Source of the DNA: a bacterium
Lineage (GTDB): Bacteria > Patescibacteriota > Minisyncoccia > UBA6257 > 02-FULL-45-10c
Length of the DNA: 50,820 nt
NCBI GenBank assembly: GCA_030646915.1
Contig: JAUSKT010000019.1
Coordinates: forward strand, 1 to 50,820
Direction: 5' to 3'
This document shows positions 49,101 to 50,820 of the stretch, piece after piece. The position numbers were made by a program, and so were the translations under genes. The notes beneath the pieces are model-generated. The model worked only from the letters and a program-made list of their open reading frames with translations, was not told the origin of the DNA and searched no databases. Numbering within the stretch: the first letter of the stretch is position 1; every line of letters starts with the position of its first letter.

Positions 49101-50820
49101 GGGACAGATACTGCTTATCTTACAAGATCTACTGCTGGTACTGCTCATGTTTTAATCTACTCTGATGGAAATCAGCCGCTAGATATAGGTAATGGCGGTT
49201 TATCAGTCGGTACTTACGCAAATGTAACTTCTGCGCCAAGTAATGGAATTATTGTCAGCGGAAATGTTGGGGTCGGAGCATCAAGTCCAGTAGCAAAATT
49301 ACAAGTCAATACTACTTCTCAACCTGGCGTTACAACTTGGTACAATCCATCGGCGATGATGATAGTTGGGACGTCTACTAATGGAGGTTCTACTCTTGCA
49401 AATCCGGAAACCATACTCACTCTTTCAAGAAATGGCGTTGGTGGCACAGCATATGATAATTTTGCGCGCTTTGATTTAAAGCGTTATGTAAATTCCGGCG
49501 TCTCATCTAAAACCCAATTAGATATAAGACTAAGCGACGGAGATTTAAATTCTGAAGGAAATAATACGCCAACAATTATGTCATTGCAATCTGGCGGAAA
49601 CGTCGGCATCGGGACTACAACTCCCGGGGCTTTATTAGCGGTTCACGGCAATGCTTTGATTGCCGGCACGACAACTGTAAGAACTTTGGTTGCTACAGAT
49701 ACTTTATCTGTCGGAGTAACAAGGTTAGTTGTTGATGCTAGCGGAAAAGTTGGCATTGGAACAGATGCGCCTGCCGCAGGTTTGGACATGCGTGGATTTC
49801 AAGAAATGCGCATTGGTGGATCTGCCGCGCCATTCTTGGGCTTCTATCATACCGACAATTCCACCTTATATGGTCGGATTGGCATTGCAACAGCCGCAAA
49901 TCATTTTCTTACTGGGAGTGCCCAAGGCGACACCATTATTGCGGGTCAAACATCAAATTCAAAAATCCATTTTGGGCAGGTTACTAACGATAATCTCGTA
50001 ATGACTGTTGATGGCCAAAATGAGCGTGTCGGCATCGGCACAGTAAACCCAGGGAATAAATTAGAAGTGAATGGGGGCGGAAATGATGTTATCTCTTCTA
50101 TCTTGAGTGGTGGAACAGCAAAGTATGCGGTATTGGCAACGGGTAGGACTGCTATAGAAAATTACATTGGAACCGCTCAAGGAGTTGATGGTTTATCGAC
50201 TGGTGCAGTTGCTGGAGATTTAGTATTCCGTACTGAAAACAAAAATATGCTTTTTAATGTTAATGCCGGCAATAACGCGGCAATGTATATAAAATCAGAC
50301 AGCAAAGTCGGCATCGGCACCACGACTCCTGGAGCACTCTTTGCAGTCCAAGGTAATGGATTATTTTCCGGAAATCTTAGTTTGGCAAATTTAATCGCGA
50401 CGGGCAGTATTACTACAACCGGAACAGCGAGTTCCTCAATATCTCAAGCTCTAGGCATTGCCTCCTCAACTCCTTGGGGGACCTTATCTGTAGAAATGGG
50501 AGAAGTTAATCCTTCCTTTGTTGTAAGTAATAATGGCAGTTCTACTCCTTCCTTCTGGATAGGAGGAGTTAATCAAAATGGTTTTGTAGGGATTGGAACT
50601 TCTACTCCCGATCAACCACTAACTGTTTTTGGCAACATATCTAATTTACAAGCTAGCACCTCAATGAGATTAGTGGGACAGAATCAGGCGGCCGTTAATA
50701 CCGCGAGCAAATCCGATTTACAGGGCAAATATCTATTTTCTGGCACTCAAAACGGAGTATTTGAAATTTGGGATGTTTCTACTTCCACTCCTGCCTTAGT
50801 AAATTCTTTAACTATTTCCT
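43134..50820 (+). CDS. Giant repetitive Ser/Thr/Gly-rich surface or fibre protein, 3'-partial (>=2,562 codons)
   Basis: Absent from the ORF track, consistent with no stop in the window; MKSLRK.. signal, INYQARL, repeated GFISSASSTV and VGIGTTTP; same frame verified at 43134, 46440, 48411, 49602 and 50760. Confidence 0.9.
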   Translation, partial: MKSLRKYLKKLLLPKSLIISAVIFLFSFGSAAAVSGTPTIINYQARLTNSSGNLVTGTYYFKFSIWDNPTVGSGNQLWPTTAGAPHSTSTTVTQGVFNIKIGDTANGYPDPLNYNFNTNNTVYLQVEVSSDNASFEKLSPRKQISSAAFAQVAGAVSGTSTPSSFGTTTPIGNSIVTIEASSSGAVPLSIRGASGQSANIFQIQDSTSANLLYLNSSGSLFASSSLQVSGTSVFYSNLGIGTSTPGSLLAVQGNALISGNLNVANITATGTLTVAGTITFNNASTTGMLTIGNGFISSASSTVAGPFQVSGVLNASSTISGGTTTINNLIVTNTSTSTFTGGVSANTLGVTGTSSLAGLSAGFGTFSGNLLSLGNLDITGTSTLNGLSAGFGTFSSNLVTSKDLNVSGLSSLSGFISSASSTVSNTLQVTGNIQASSSVSIGGVLALTGTTGTSTIANGQGFTIGSTQLVLQQGSGKVGIGTNDPSTLLHIKGSSPIFRLDNSDNIYWEIRGAASQLIFADQNNGQRAAIDTSGNLYLSAGNFKSGTLGSASAPAFTFFNDDDTGIFSGDNILGFVTGGLERSRINSSGQLGIATNTPGALLAVQGNALISGNLNVANINATGTLTIPYASTTMVTMTNGFISSASSTLAGSLQIAGVLQASSTISAGTTTITNLIVTNTSTSTIAGGFAVQTNKLVVDKETGNVGVGTTTPGSLFSVAGDSLLGGLTTIYRAIFGSISATGTLDVSGLSTFSGLISTASSTFSNNLNVSGPLSASSTLNVGGLAYLSGFISTASSTISNSLNVSGPLSASSTLSVAGLATQVGGFISSASSTVSSNLLVSGVFNASSTISGGTTTINNLIVTNTSTSTIAGGLAVQTNKLVVDKETGNVGVGTTTPGSLFSVAGNSLFDGLLTAYRTLFGSMTATGTLNVSGLSALTGGFISSASSTVAGNFHVSGVLNASSTLLANGLSVLTGGFISSASSTVAGSLQVAGNLQASSTVSANALFVVGNTGIGTTSPGALFAVQGNALLAGNLWANNITATGTITVTGTSGTSTIGSITIGPNGRFGFSTTTPNIANFEVATRTIAFNSGADGSLGSWSTANALPGIRGYHSSVTANGYAYVIGGTDGSFQSTIYYAKLNSDGSTGAWATNANALPGIRGGHSSVAANGYVYVIGGRGIANALQSTIYYTSTARIMVSGNLDLLGLASTTLSDSSDFGSNGSSIFAGDIFSNGKLEVTGNSMLWNGLGVNGLLSVTASSSNQQNVPIFSIQNATGTVPLFQVLYNGLATLSNGFISSASSTVAGSLQVAGPLSASSTLSVAGLATQVGGFISSASSTISSNLLVSGFLNASSSAAIGGALSVGGNITIPTGGYGLFINGNNSGLSLVGGQNTSGGASISIFGIDHSTLSNVIQFNRVTGGESARIDTNGRLGIGTTSPSQPLSVHGGALIAGTTTVNGLIATGSVYITGNVGIGTTNPIGSLDVKGVGNTAGSIGLQLRSGNSSEGFLGNQIVFGNSGTTDYNQAIKTRHNNATNNNAFDFYTWQTGDVAGDIGSLFNMTINGGKVGVGTTSPSQRLSVHGNGLFSGNLSLANLTATGTLTFANASTTGMLTIGNGFISSASSTVSSSLNVSGSFIASSSVALAGEVVIGPVAPTGFGRALTIGAADMAINVMDSDVGGTGIGIEWKRNNGTADLGISITGGQVYFSGRAGDVFNFRADGSNNGLTLDANELATLVNATTTQLTVTNNTYLATAGGSVGIGTTTPGKKLVLETGTHQDGINLVQTNSAFDTGFSINNRNVVSYFGGWSTTKLFINGMADWTGGVEVGSFAGSKTSNLLINGNVGIGTDSPDSNLDVVNTGAGADNIILTLQSDSGTPAAEDIARIDFKFSDAGGNQDVMASVVGVDEDPAEGTEDGGLAFYTRAAGGSVTEKVRLGSTGNLGIGTTTPGALFSVQGNALLAGNLWANNITATGTIGINANQKLILNSGTDTAYLTRSTAGTAHVLIYSDGNQPLDIGNGGLSVGTYANVTSAPSNGIIVSGNVGVGASSPVAKLQVNTTSQPGVTTWYNPSAMMIVGTSTNGGSTLANPETILTLSRNGVGGTAYDNFARFDLKRYVNSGVSSKTQLDIRLSDGDLNSEGNNTPTIMSLQSGGNVGIGTTTPGALLAVHGNALIAGTTTVRTLVATDTLSVGVTRLVVDASGKVGIGTDAPAAGLDMRGFQEMRIGGSAAPFLGFYHTDNSTLYGRIGIATAANHFLTGSAQGDTIIAGQTSNSKIHFGQVTNDNLVMTVDGQNERVGIGTVNPGNKLEVNGGGNDVISSILSGGTAKYAVLATGRTAIENYIGTAQGVDGLSTGAVAGDLVFRTENKNMLFNVNAGNNAAMYIKSDSKVGIGTTTPGALFAVQGNGLFSGNLSLANLIATGSITTTGTASSSISQALGIASSTPWGTLSVEMGEVNPSFVVSNNGSSTPSFWIGGVNQNGFVGIGTSTPDQPLTVFGNISNLQASTSMRLVGQNQAAVNTASKSDLQGKYLFSGTQNGVFEIWDVSTSTPALVNSLTIS
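46425..46710 (+). repeat. Two near-identical kelch-like blades in the giant protein
   Basis: ANALPGIRG.HSSV.ANGY.YVIGG...QSTIYY twice, with near-identical DNA. Confidence 0.8.

Noticed and set aside
43886-50001. Track ORFs within the last 7 kb (mostly minus strand)
   Set aside because: Shadows of the repetitive giant plus-strand ORF

Overview
Chromosomal segment of a low-GC, streamlined bacterium, very probably Patescibacteria/CPR (Parcubacteria-like). This is inferred from the truncated ThrRS, PheT and SMC, rplK without rplA, mostly SD-less genes, minor pilins and a cohesin/giant-protein operon. Contents in order: a divergent minor type IV pilin cluster enclosing two Cys-rich secreted proteins with a shared C-terminal tail; ligA, gatC, gatA; three tRNAs and a small GIY-YIG nuclease; pheS, pheT, gyrB, secE-nusG-rplK, tmk, an HD hydrolase, gatB, thrS, dnaE, an HtrA-like protease, rpmF-nusB-rnc, ftsH and smc; and a surface operon ending in a >2,500-codon repetitive ORF (43134 to window end) missing from the ORF track. 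The most striking signal is a dense layer of tiny repeat DNA with no transposase in the window. (i) Three inverted-repeat mini-elements sit exactly on start codons and leave an ATG at their right edge; two carry a ~31-34-codon ORF ending 4-5 nt before the host ATG. (ii) GC hairpins are inserted in frame in six or seven conserved proteins. (iii) Heptamer tandem arrays are translated inside essential genes, one with a hairpin nested in it. (iv) Two copies of a covarying IS200/IS605-end-like structured element are present. No CRISPR array, rRNA, integrase or reverse transcriptase was seen. All calls come from reading motifs; no database searches were run.
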